This document shows, piece after piece, positions 36,367 to 45,608 of a DNA stretch of 61,675 bases; the stretch's first letter is position 1, and each line of letters begins with the position of its first letter. The notes beneath the pieces are model-generated. The model did not search any database, was not told where the DNA came from, and saw nothing but the letters and a program-made list of their open reading frames with translations. Origin of the DNA: Candidatus Moraniibacteriota bacterium (lineage in GTDB: Bacteria > Patescibacteriota > Minisyncoccia > Moranbacterales > GWC2-37-73); NCBI GenBank assembly GCA_013336225.1, contig JAAXUC010000006.1, positions 1 to 61,675 on the forward strand, read 5' to 3'. The position numbers and the translations under genes were made by a program.

Positions 36367-37197
36367 ATGCAAAATCCAAACGATCAAATCGCCATCTTTA
36401 GGGGAAAATCAATCAGAAAAATCATTTTTCAAAAGGAATGGTGGTTTTCTGTGGTTGATGTTTGTGGAATACTTACAGATAGTCCTGATTCAGGAGCTTA
36501 TTGGCGGAAGCTTAAACAAAGGCTTAACGAGGAAGGAAGTGAAGTCGTGACATTTTGTCACGGGTTGAAATTGGAGGCTCCAGACGGCAAAATGCGTGAA
36601 ACTGATTGCGCCAATACTGAAGGAATGTTTCGCATAATTCAGTCAGTCCCATCGCCCAAAGCCGAGCCATTAAAGAGATGGCTGGCTAAAGTCGGCTATG
36701 AACGTATTCAAGAAGTGGAAAATCCAGAACTTGCGAGCAAAAGAACGAGATTATTGTATAAACTTAAGGGTTATCCTGAAGAATGGATTGAAATGCGAAT
36801 GAGAGGCATTGCAATCCGTGAAGAATTGACTGACGAATGGCAAAAAAGAGGCGCGAAATACAAAGATGATTACGAGATTTTAACCGCAGAAATATCCGAA
36901 GCCACTTTTGGGATAAAGCCAAATGAATATAAAAAAGTAAAAGGTTTGAAAAATGAAAATCTTCGTGACCACATGGATGACTTCGAACTCATCTTGACCA
37001 TGCTTGGCGAACGAACCACTAAAGAAATTCACAAAACCAACGACTCAAAAGGGTTACCTAGACTTAAGGATGATGCTCGAAAAGGTGGTGCGGTTGCAGG
37101 CACAGCCAGAAAACAAATCGAAAGACAAATAGGCAGGCCGATTGTTTCAGAAAAGAATTTTCTGAGATCTAGTGGTAGGAAGAAAATTAAGAATTGA
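36367..37197 (+). CDS. Bro-N domain protein (antirepressor/DinD-like)
   Basis: The N-terminus F.GK.IR......EWWFSVVDVCGIL is the Bro-N fold signature. The C-terminal helical part resembles DNA-damage-inducible DinD-type proteins. Confidence 0.6.
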   Translation: MQNPNDQIAIFRGKSIRKIIFQKEWWFSVVDVCGILTDSPDSGAYWRKLKQRLNEEGSEVVTFCHGLKLEAPDGKMRETDCANTEGMFRIIQSVPSPKAEPLKRWLAKVGYERIQEVENPELASKRTRLLYKLKGYPEEWIEMRMRGIAIREELTDEWQKRGAKYKDDYEILTAEISEATFGIKPNEYKKVKGLKNENLRDHMDDFELILTMLGERTTKEIHKTNDSKGLPRLKDDARKGGAVAGTARKQIERQIGRPIVSEKNFLRSSGRKKIKN

Positions 37198-37362
37198 CCG
37201 ATGGGAATGCCCTCGTGATAAATTTCACCAAAAATATATCAAGGGAAAAACTTATTGTATCTCTTGAGAATGCTGTGTCTTTTTGATGTAGTGTTTTTTC
37301 TATATTCTTATGATTCAAATTGATGTATGATTAAGTTGCTGATGAGTTAATAGAAATAGCAA

Positions 37363-38820
37363 ATGCAAAAACAAATCTTAAAACTTATTTTCGTACTGAT
37401 GGTGTTTTTGATGTTGCCATCTTTTGCGAGTGCAGCAGTTTTTCTTGATGGGTCAACAATTGGATGCAATAATGGTTCAACCAACTATGCACCTATCACG
37501 CGATCATGCGGAAGTGGAAATGACACTGTTTATTTGGATTTGGCGAATTTCAACACAGGTATTGTGCCAAGTGTCACAAATTATGTTCGTTCTGGCAATT
37601 ATTTTCGCGATGGAGTTCCTGGATCCTTGGTTGTTGCTGTATCAAAATCTGGAATTGATAATAACAATCGCACCGTGATCAGTGCCTATCCAGGAGAGGA
37701 GCGCCAAGTTATTATTGGCACGGCAACGAGAGGAGCGACATATAATTCAAATCCAGGAGACACTGTGTCGCCGTATGGTGGCTCGCAAACATATTATCCC
37801 AACACGGTGCTTGCTATATCGGGTGCAAGTTATGTGACCATCAATGGGTTAAAGATATATGGACAAACATATACCTGGGGTGGTCACGATGTCACACTGC
37901 AAAATTCTGATTTTGGCGGCGGCGGACCTTCGGAATTGCAAGGTAACGTGGTGAAGTTGCATGGGGGAGACACTGGCGGTCAAAATTTGATTGTTCGCAA
38001 TAATGGGATTCATAATAGTTGTTGGGGTGAAAATGATGAAAATGGTAGCGCAATAATCATGTACAATGCCAGCGCTTTAATTGAGGGAAACATCTTTTAT
38101 GATAATTGGGGATATGATATCTTCACTAAAGATAGTGGCAATCAAGCTGGGCAAACAACTGAAATCAAAAATAATTTTTTTGCTCCTTCGGCAATTTTTC
38201 CAGCTGTTGGAGGAATCAGGGGGCACAATCAAGATGTGCAAATAGACAGCCTATTGATTCATCATAATATTTTTTTGCAGAAACAAACTGCATTTGCAGT
38301 TTTGGCAACACCAGTGATAAATAGAATTTATAATAATACTTTTATTAATTCTGCGTATGATATTGGGAACAGTTCAAGTGGTGGCCCACATCCAATTGAG
38401 TCTTATAACAATCTTTTCTATCATGCTACAAATCAATATTTTGCTGAATTATATATGGACACCGGCACGGTTTACACTGATTATTTTGCTGGTTCAAATT
38501 GGAATGTCTTTTATAACAATGGAAGCAAGTGGGGGAAATCTGCACCAGGAGCATTGACATGGGAAACGACCTTGAGTGGCTGGCAAACGCGAACTGGTCT
38601 TGATGGTTCTTCCATTATGGCAAATCCAAATTTTGTAAATGCTGCTGGCACAGTCCCGACAGACTTTAAACGTTCAGCATATATTGAGAACTTTGCTGGA
38701 TCAATGTATGGAACGCATGCTGGAGCATATGAAGTTGGCGATGAACAAATTGGCATTGATTGGTCAATTCAAGCTGATGACATTGCACCTGCTGCGCCAA
38801 GCGGACTTGGTGTGCTGTAA
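37363..38820 (+). CDS. Secreted right-handed beta-helix (pectate-lyase-fold) protein with conserved C-terminal APxxPxGL motif
   Basis: The signal peptide is MQKQILKLIFVLMVFLMLPSFASA. Repeated N-x-I/F-x-x-N turns are present. It ends DDIAPAAPSGLGVL-stop. It is a paralog of the gene at 60141-61553. Confidence 0.7.
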   Translation: MQKQILKLIFVLMVFLMLPSFASAAVFLDGSTIGCNNGSTNYAPITRSCGSGNDTVYLDLANFNTGIVPSVTNYVRSGNYFRDGVPGSLVVAVSKSGIDNNNRTVISAYPGEERQVIIGTATRGATYNSNPGDTVSPYGGSQTYYPNTVLAISGASYVTINGLKIYGQTYTWGGHDVTLQNSDFGGGGPSELQGNVVKLHGGDTGGQNLIVRNNGIHNSCWGENDENGSAIIMYNASALIEGNIFYDNWGYDIFTKDSGNQAGQTTEIKNNFFAPSAIFPAVGGIRGHNQDVQIDSLLIHHNIFLQKQTAFAVLATPVINRIYNNTFINSAYDIGNSSSGGPHPIESYNNLFYHATNQYFAELYMDTGTVYTDYFAGSNWNVFYNNGSKWGKSAPGALTWETTLSGWQTRTGLDGSSIMANPNFVNAAGTVPTDFKRSAYIENFAGSMYGTHAGAYEVGDEQIGIDWSIQADDIAPAAPSGLGVL

Positions 38821-38822
38821 AA

Positions 38823-40883
38823 TTAGGCGATTGAAATCGGGTCAACATCAACAGCCCAACTACTGGAAAGTGAGCCAAGAATTTTGATCATTGAAGCAGG
38901 TAAGGAATTTATTTCTGAGCCTGTTTTTATTTTGAGAATCATTTGCAGGATGAATTTTCCACGAACTTTTGAAACCAGGGGTTCACTTGGCTCCGTGAGG
39001 GAAATGTTTTTTTCTGTTTTAAGAGCAGCAGAAATTTTTTCATAAATAATTTGAGCATCTTTAGTGATTTTGTTTTTGTCTGCATCTTTGCAGGAAAGTT
39101 TGATGATTTTTCCAAAAGGCGGATAGTGCAGAGCTTGGCGCTGCGCAATTTCTTTGGCATAGAATCCTGGATAATTTCTGCTGGTGACAAAGTCGAAAAC
39201 TGGCCGCTGGGGATTGAAAGTTTGAATCAGGACATGTCCCACGTAGCGACTGCCAACGCGCCCAGTGCGCCCAGCAATTTGCATGATGTTGGCATAGGCT
39301 CTTTCATCTGTCAGATAGTCAGGCGAAGAAAAAAGTGAATCACTGTCAATCACGCCCACGAGTCCCACCATCGGATTGTCCCAACCCTTGGTGATCATTT
39401 GAGTTCCAATCAGTACATCAATGTTTCCTTGCATGAAATTGTCAAAAATCTCTTTGGATGCTCCTGGTTTTTTGGCAGCTGTTGAATCCAATCTGGTGAC
39501 GCGCACCTTGCCAAACAATTTTTTCACTTCGCGCTCCACGAGTTGTGTGCCAATTCCGATGTTGGTAAAGGCAATTGAGCCACATGCTTTGCAAGAGGAG
39601 GTTGCATCAGCTTTAAAATTGCAATGCAAGCATTTATATCCTCCAGTTTGCTCAAGGACAACGGCGCGATCACATTTGGGACATTTGAGCACGGCTTTGC
39701 AAGCAGCGCAAACAGAAAAGGTGTTCATGCCTTGATGATTGACGAACAGAATGGTTTGCAGATTTTGCGAAATTGCATAGGAAATTTCTTCTTGCAAGCG
39801 CATCGAGAGCAGGGAATGATTGGGCTGTTTTTTTCCAGCAAAGTCAGTCCATTTTTCTTTGCGCATGTCCACAATTTCAATGCCGGGCACAGTTTTTTCG
39901 CGTCCCATGATTTCGGCAGGCAGAGTTGGAATTTTGAGAAGTGAAAATTCGCCAGAGGTGGTTTTTTGAAAAGATTCAATGCGCGGGGTGGCAGTTCCAA
40001 AAACAATTTTGGCTTGATGATTTTGCGCCAAGAGTTCTGCGCTGAGCCGCGCATCATAGCGAGGATTCATGTCCCACTGTTTGAATGACATGTCTTGTTC
40101 TTCATCCACAAAAATTCCGCCCAATTCTTGAAAAGGTGCAAAAATTCCAATGCGAGTTGAAATGATGATTTTGGCTTCGCCTGAAGCGATGCGTTGCCAA
40201 AGCGCATAAAATTCTCCTTTGCCAAGTTTGCTGTGCAGCAATACAATTTCTCTGGGATTAAAATAGGCGCCATAACGTGCAAGAGCTTGAGGGGTTAAGG
40301 TCAATTCCGGAAGCAAAATCAGGAATTGTTGCTGCGGATTTTTTTTTCTTAATTCTAAAATCGCATGAATGTAAACTTCGGTTTTACCGGAAGAGGCAGG
40401 ACCAAATAAAAGAAATTTTGAATTTTGAATTTTGAATTTCGAATGATTATCTGCTATTGCAGATACGGCAATATTTTGTTCTGGTGTTAATGTTATATTT
40501 GGTTTTCGATGACTAATGACTAGTGACTGATGACTTGAATTTCTTGCGTTCACGCGTTTTGGCATGAAATGTTTCAAGACCACACCAAGAGAGTTTAAAT
40601 AATATTCCGAGAGTTGCTGTGCAAGCAAGAGTTGCTTGGCGTTTAAAAAATTCAAAGCCAGCACCTTGGTGACAGACTTGAGTTTGTAGTCGCCAACCTT
40701 TTCAGTTTCAGGTTTGCAAGCAAGCACAATGCCTTCAGTTTCACGATTAAAAAGCGGAATCATGACCATGGTTCCTTGAGGTAGTTGGGTTTCCGAGAGG
40801 TATGAATAAAATTGCTGCTTTGAAAGTGGCAGTCTGGCAATTGGAGCAACGTCAACGATGAATTTTAGTGGCTTTGTTTCCAT
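38823..40883 (-). CDS. priA: Primosomal protein N' (PriA helicase)
   Basis: Walker A is GPASSGKTEVY. DEEQ stands in for the DEEH box. The Cys-rich zinc region is CAACKAVLKCPKCD...CLHC....CKACGS. The C-terminal helicase lobe is present. An in-frame repeat insertion lies just upstream of the Walker A. Confidence 0.88.
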   Translation of the reverse strand: METKPLKFIVDVAPIARLPLSKQQFYSYLSETQLPQGTMVMIPLFNRETEGIVLACKPETEKVGDYKLKSVTKVLALNFLNAKQLLLAQQLSEYYLNSLGVVLKHFMPKRVNARNSSHQSLVISHRKPNITLTPEQNIAVSAIADNHSKFKIQNSKFLLFGPASSGKTEVYIHAILELRKKNPQQQFLILLPELTLTPQALARYGAYFNPREIVLLHSKLGKGEFYALWQRIASGEAKIIISTRIGIFAPFQELGGIFVDEEQDMSFKQWDMNPRYDARLSAELLAQNHQAKIVFGTATPRIESFQKTTSGEFSLLKIPTLPAEIMGREKTVPGIEIVDMRKEKWTDFAGKKQPNHSLLSMRLQEEISYAISQNLQTILFVNHQGMNTFSVCAACKAVLKCPKCDRAVVLEQTGGYKCLHCNFKADATSSCKACGSIAFTNIGIGTQLVEREVKKLFGKVRVTRLDSTAAKKPGASKEIFDNFMQGNIDVLIGTQMITKGWDNPMVGLVGVIDSDSLFSSPDYLTDERAYANIMQIAGRTGRVGSRYVGHVLIQTFNPQRPVFDFVTSRNYPGFYAKEIAQRQALHYPPFGKIIKLSCKDADKNKITKDAQIIYEKISAALKTEKNISLTEPSEPLVSKVRGKFILQMILKIKTGSEINSLPASMIKILGSLSSSWAVDVDPISIA

Positions 40884-41005
40884 TGCTGTATTTTAGCAGT
40901 ACGTCTGGGTAATAGCAAAAGATGTTGTGACACTGGGTTGCCAAGAAGATTGTTTAGGGGTATATTTGTGATGTAGTACATACCTTAAAAAAGGAGGGTT
41001 CCCTG

Positions 41006-41491
41006 ATGAATTTCTTGAAAGATAAGTTGGTGGAAAGTCTTTGTAGGCTATCTCTTATTTGTACTAACATGAAGTCCAGTGGTAAGATCGTTGTTCTCAC
41101 AAGTGGTTGTTTTGATTTGTTGCATGGAGGACATCTGGAATATCTCGAGAGTGCTTCACAGTGGGGTAATCTCATTGTTGGCATCAATAGTGATCAGTTT
41201 GTCAAAAGGCTCAAAGGTGACACTCGTCCAATTCGAGATGAACAAGACAGAGCATTTTTGATTTCTGGATTTTCAGCTGTGGAGTTCGTCACAATTTTTG
41301 ATTGTGATTATCGGCTTATTGAAGCAGTTAAGCCAGATATCTATATTGCATCTGTAACATCACATTTGAAAATTGAAGATGATGTAAAACGCATTGAATT
41401 GCTTGAGAGTTTTGGAACCAGGATTGTTGAGCTTGAATCTGGCAAGCGTGATTCAACTACTGATATTATCAGGCGAGCTGCTACGACATGA
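41006..41491 (+). CDS. Cytidylyl/adenylyltransferase-family protein (RfaE domain II / TagD-like)
   Basis: VVLTSGCFDLLHGGHLEYL is the (H/T)xGH nucleotidyltransferase motif. AAGGAGGG lies upstream of the ATG at 41006. Confidence 0.75.
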   Translation: MNFLKDKLVESLCRLSLICTNMKSSGKIVVLTSGCFDLLHGGHLEYLESASQWGNLIVGINSDQFVKRLKGDTRPIRDEQDRAFLISGFSAVEFVTIFDCDYRLIEAVKPDIYIASVTSHLKIEDDVKRIELLESFGTRIVELESGKRDSTTDIIRRAATT

Positions 41492-41510
41492 ATTGTGTAG
41501 TTTTTTTCTT

Positions 41511-41540
41511 GGTCGCCCCTCGTGGCGACCATTTATTCTT
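41511..41540 (+). terminator. Rho-independent terminator
   Basis: GGTCGCC-CCTCG-TGGCGACC is followed by ATTTATTCTT. A T-run on its 5' side means it may act in both directions. Confidence 0.6.
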
Positions 41541-42011
41541 ATGAGGATATTAGATGAAAATAGAGCAAGTTATAAAAAAACATTTTCCGATGCTAGCGAG
41601 TGTATATTTTGCTTGGAAGAAAAATCTCTTGAGTGCGCAGGTCTTGGAAACATTCATTGGAAGGTTGTGGTTAATAGTTTCCCGTATATGGATGGGAATG
41701 TTATGATAATTCCACTTCGGCATATTGAAAAAACTGAGGAAATTTCTGATCAAGAATGGACAAGTTTTGGAGAAGTGCTCGCAAAAACCAAAAAGGTTCT
41801 TGGTGAAATTTTCAAAACTGAATCTTTCAATGTTGGATTGAATATTGGTCTTGAATCTGGAGCTTCAATTCCACATCTTCATTGGCAAATTGTTCCACGC
41901 AAATTTAAAAATATCACGACACTTAACACATTTGCTGATTTATATATTGTTGCAACAACCCCACTGCAAACTAAAAAAATGATTGATGATGCACTTAAGA
42001 ATAATTTATAA
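41541..42011 (+). CDS. HIT (histidine triad) family nucleotide hydrolase/transferase
   Basis: C.FC near the N-terminus, FPY..G..MIIP.RH and the triad region IPHLHWQIVPR are present. I set the start at the ATG at 41541, after the terminator. Confidence 0.75.
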   Translation: MRILDENRASYKKTFSDASECIFCLEEKSLECAGLGNIHWKVVVNSFPYMDGNVMIIPLRHIEKTEEISDQEWTSFGEVLAKTKKVLGEIFKTESFNVGLNIGLESGASIPHLHWQIVPRKFKNITTLNTFADLYIVATTPLQTKKMIDDALKNNL

Positions 42012-42027
42012 GATTGATTTAATATAT

Positions 42028-42567
42028 ATGCAAAAGAAGAAAATATTCGTTGAAATTGATGTGCCTGGCAACATGCGCAGGCGTTTGGCGCAGAAAATTG
42101 CTGATTGGTCAGAATTGCCGATCAAGTGGATGAAAGAGGAAAATTTTCACATTACAGTGGCTTTTGTGGGCTATGTCGATGAAAGCATGTTACCTGAAAT
42201 TTGTCAGAAAGTTCGCACTGCAGTGGAAGATTTTGAAGCTTTTGATTTGGAATTTGATCGCATTGAACTTGGACCAAATCCAGAGGATCCAAAAATGGTT
42301 TGGCTCACTGGGCAGCCATGTGTGGAATTGGGGATGCTTAATGAAGAAGTTGAAAGAGCGCTTGGCATGAGACCGGCTGCGCACAAAGAGTTTAGTCCGC
42401 ACATCACCCTGGGACGAATTCGCAAACTGAAGTGGGATGAATTGGAAATAAAACCAGCAATTTCAGAGAAAACAATTATTTCGATGACGGTGGACAGTCT
42501 TTCTATCATGGAGAGCAAAGGTGGGGGAGCGGAATATGTTTCACTCGAGGAATGCCCGCTGGCATAG
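42028..42567 (+). CDS. thpR: RNA 2',3'-cyclic phosphodiesterase (2H phosphoesterase, ThpR/LigT)
   Basis: Two H-x-T motifs are present (FHITVAFVG and PHITLGRI). At about 180 aa the length fits. Confidence 0.8.
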   Translation: MQKKKIFVEIDVPGNMRRRLAQKIADWSELPIKWMKEENFHITVAFVGYVDESMLPEICQKVRTAVEDFEAFDLEFDRIELGPNPEDPKMVWLTGQPCVELGMLNEEVERALGMRPAAHKEFSPHITLGRIRKLKWDELEIKPAISEKTIISMTVDSLSIMESKGGGAEYVSLEECPLA

Positions 42568-42610
42568 CCAGCAAGTTTAAAGTTCATAAAGTTTAAAGTT
42601 CATAAAGTAG

Positions 42611-43348
42611 ATGCAAATTCTTGGCGTTAGAATTGATAATTTTTCCAAAAAAGAAATTCTTGAGAAAATAGAATTTTTTTTGAGTGAAGAAAAGATTCAT
42701 CAAATCTCCACTGTGAATCCGGAATTTATTTTGCGAGCGCAAAAGGATGCGGAATTCCGAAGTATCTTAAATAAAGCCGAATTGAATGTGGCTGACGGGG
42801 TGGGAATCTGGTATGCCTTTTTGAGAAAGCGCAAACATCTGGAAAGCAGGATTGCGGGAATTGATTTGATGCAGGAAATTTTGCAGATTGCAGACAGAAA
42901 AAGACTGGATGTCTTTTTGGCAATTCACAAGAATGGGCTGAGTTCATTTGCTGAAATTAAAAAAGTTTTAAATGAAAAATATCCCAATATTGAGGTGTCT
43001 GGGGATGACATTGATCCTAGAAAAAGCAAGAAGATGCTGGCCGCGATTGATCATTCCATCGTCTTTTGCAATTTTGGCTTTCCAATGCAAGAAAAGTTTA
43101 TCAATACACTCAAAAACAGACAGAATTCGGGCTTGCAGTTAAGTGGCTTGCAAGGTAAAATAAGAATAGCTATGGGAGTTGGTGGCAGTTTTGATTTTGT
43201 CACTGGAAAAATTTTGCGCGCTCCACTTTGGATGCAAAAAATAGGCTTGGAATGGCTTTGGAGATTTGTTCAAGAACCAAGATATAGATTCAAGAGAATT
43301 GCGAACGCCGTAATCGTTTTTCCGATAAAAATTATTTTTGAACGTTAA
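42611..43348 (+). CDS. WecG/TagA/CpsF-family glycosyltransferase (GT26)
   Basis: ILGV.I.N.S..E.L..I, the block TVNPEF...A..D..F..IL..A.L.VADG.GI and the C-terminal LEW..R...EP.R are typical of GT26. Confidence 0.8.
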   Translation: MQILGVRIDNFSKKEILEKIEFFLSEEKIHQISTVNPEFILRAQKDAEFRSILNKAELNVADGVGIWYAFLRKRKHLESRIAGIDLMQEILQIADRKRLDVFLAIHKNGLSSFAEIKKVLNEKYPNIEVSGDDIDPRKSKKMLAAIDHSIVFCNFGFPMQEKFINTLKNRQNSGLQLSGLQGKIRIAMGVGGSFDFVTGKILRAPLWMQKIGLEWLWRFVQEPRYRFKRIANAVIVFPIKIIFER

Positions 43349-43356
43349 AGAATATT

Positions 43357-43956
43357 ATGAAAAAACAAGTTATTTGCATTCACGGAGGGGATTCCTATGC
43401 AAGTTATGATGAATATCTAAATTTCCTAAAGTCGCATATTTTGACCATTGAACAACTTAAGAAGATTGGCTGGAAAAATAAGCTTCAGGAAAATTTGGGA
43501 GATGAATATGATGTTATTCTTCCGCAAATGCCGTGCAAATGGAATGCCAAGTATGCTGAATGGAAAATTTGGTTTGATAAGATAATTCCTTTCTTGCAAG
43601 ACAATGTAATTTTAGTTGGACATTCTATGGGTTCAATTTTTTTGGTGAAATATTTATCAGAAAACAAAATTGATAGAAAAATTACTGCAACAATTTTAGT
43701 ATCAGCTCCATTTGATGAAAAAGATACTGATGAAAAATTGATGGATTTTAATTTGCCTGATTCCATAGAGGGGTTCAAGGAGCAGGCTGGAAAAATATTT
43801 TTAATTCAATCAGAAGACGATCCTGTGGTGCCGTTTGTTGACTTGGAAAAATATGGCAAGGTCATTCCTGATGCTGAAAAAGTAATTTTCAAAGATCGCG
43901 GACATTTTTCTGGAGAAGAATTTCCTGAAATTATTGAACTTATAAAAAATATATAA
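43357..43956 (+). CDS. Alpha/beta hydrolase, YdeN/RBBP9-like serine hydrolase
   Basis: 199 aa with the nucleophile elbow LVGHSMGS. A late D and H are present (SEDDPVVP, RGHF). Confidence 0.65.
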   Translation: MKKQVICIHGGDSYASYDEYLNFLKSHILTIEQLKKIGWKNKLQENLGDEYDVILPQMPCKWNAKYAEWKIWFDKIIPFLQDNVILVGHSMGSIFLVKYLSENKIDRKITATILVSAPFDEKDTDEKLMDFNLPDSIEGFKEQAGKIFLIQSEDDPVVPFVDLEKYGKVIPDAEKVIFKDRGHFSGEEFPEIIELIKNI

Positions 43957-43960
43957 TTAT

Positions 43961-45511
43961 ATGTCAGAAAATATAAAAAAAATCAGGGTGCGTTTTGCAC
44001 CTTCGCCGACTGGGTATCTGCATATTGGTGGACTTCGCACCGCTTTATATAATTATCTTTTTGCTCGCAAGAACAAAGGTGTTTTTGCGTTGCGCATTGA
44101 GGACACTGATCAAAAAAGATTTGTGGAAGGAGCGGTTGAAAATTTGATTAAGGCTCTTTCGCAAACAGGACTTTCTTGGAATGAAGGAGTTTATGAAAAA
44201 TCTCAAATTTCAAATCTAAAATCAAAAACTATAGCTGAGTCAAAAACATATCCAGGGATTATTGAGGCGGGAGAATTTGGACCATATGTTCAATCTGAAA
44301 GATTGGAATTATACAAGAAATATGCTGAACAATTGGTTGCTGATGGAAAAGCATATTATTGTTTTTGCGAGCCGCAAAGACTGGAGGAAATGCGCGAACG
44401 GCAGCAAAAAGAAAAACGTTCTCCCATGTATGACCGTTATTGTTTGAACAATGTTTCTCCTGAGCAAATCAATGAGAAATTGAAAGAGAATTGTTCAGCG
44501 ACCATTCGTCTTAAGGTTCCCAAGGATGAGATCATTGAATTTGATGATTTGGTGCGCGGCAAAATTTCATTTAACACCAACACTATTGATGATCAAGTGC
44601 TTTTCAAGTCGGACGGCTACCCAACGTATCATTTGGCCAACGTGGTGGATGATCATCTAATGGAAATCACGCAGGTGATTCGCGGCGAAGAATGGTTGCC
44701 CAGTACGCCGAAGCACATTTTACTTTATCGTGCTTTTGGTTGGCAGGAGCCACAATTTGCGCATATCCCGCTGCTATTGAACGCTGACAAATCCAAACTT
44801 TCCAAGCGCCAAGGAGATGTGGCAGTGGAAGATTATATCAAAAAAGGATATTTGAAAGATGCTATTGTGAATTTCGTGGTAATGCTGGGTTGGAATCCTG
44901 GAGAGGGTAGCACGCAGGAAATTTTTTCAATGGAGGAATTGATTGAAAAGTTTGAATTGACCAAGGTTCATAAAGCTGGAGCAGTTTTTGACATCAAAAA
45001 ATTGGATTGGATTAATGGGCAATACATCAAAAAACTTTCTGATGAAGAACTTCTTCAAAACGCATTGCCATTTTTTGAACAAAAAGAATTTTTTGCAAAG
45101 GCAGCTGCTGACAAGAAAACTGGTGAATATTTGAAAAAAGTTTTAACTATTGAAAAAGAGCGTCTTGCGAAATTTGCTGATGTTGGAGATGAGAATCAAT
45201 TTTTCTTTCAGGACATTTCCTATGATAAAGAAATGCTCCGTTGGAAAACAAATACTGACGACGAAATTGTCCAGTCACTTCAAAAATCACAAACAACATT
45301 AAATGCTATTACTGAAAACAATTGGTCACTTGTGGAGATTGAAAAGAATTTATTGATTGCAGCAGGGGATAAGAGAGGTGATTTGCTTTGGCCGCTGCGC
45401 ATGGCACTGACTGGAGCGCAAAAATCTCCCTCACCATTTGAATGTGCTTGGGTGCTGGGAAAAATTGAAGCAATAAAACGCATTGAAAATGCCATCGAGA
45501 TGTGGCAGTAA
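43961..45511 (+). CDS. gltX: Glutamate--tRNA ligase
   Basis: RFAPSPTGYLHIGGLRTALYNYLFAR carries the HIGH motif, and KLSKRQG is the KMSKS motif. A C-terminal anticodon-binding domain is present. Confidence 0.92.
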   Translation: MSENIKKIRVRFAPSPTGYLHIGGLRTALYNYLFARKNKGVFALRIEDTDQKRFVEGAVENLIKALSQTGLSWNEGVYEKSQISNLKSKTIAESKTYPGIIEAGEFGPYVQSERLELYKKYAEQLVADGKAYYCFCEPQRLEEMRERQQKEKRSPMYDRYCLNNVSPEQINEKLKENCSATIRLKVPKDEIIEFDDLVRGKISFNTNTIDDQVLFKSDGYPTYHLANVVDDHLMEITQVIRGEEWLPSTPKHILLYRAFGWQEPQFAHIPLLLNADKSKLSKRQGDVAVEDYIKKGYLKDAIVNFVVMLGWNPGEGSTQEIFSMEELIEKFELTKVHKAGAVFDIKKLDWINGQYIKKLSDEELLQNALPFFEQKEFFAKAAADKKTGEYLKKVLTIEKERLAKFADVGDENQFFFQDISYDKEMLRWKTNTDDEIVQSLQKSQTTLNAITENNWSLVEIEKNLLIAAGDKRGDLLWPLRMALTGAQKSPSPFECAWVLGKIEAIKRIENAIEMWQ

Positions 45512-45518
45512 AAATTGA

Positions 45519-45606
45519 TGTCATTCTGAACTTGTTTCAGAATCTGCATTTTTTGTTTCAAGTTTGTTTTTTGCAATCAAGATCCTGAAATAAATTCAGG
45601 ATGACA
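45519..45606. repeat. Pair of inverted GTCATYC hairpin modules (MITE-like)
   Basis: GTCATTCTGAACTTGTTTCAGAATC (left) and GATCCTGAAATAAATTCAGGATGAC (right, inverted). Confidence 0.75.
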
Positions 45607-45608
45607 AC

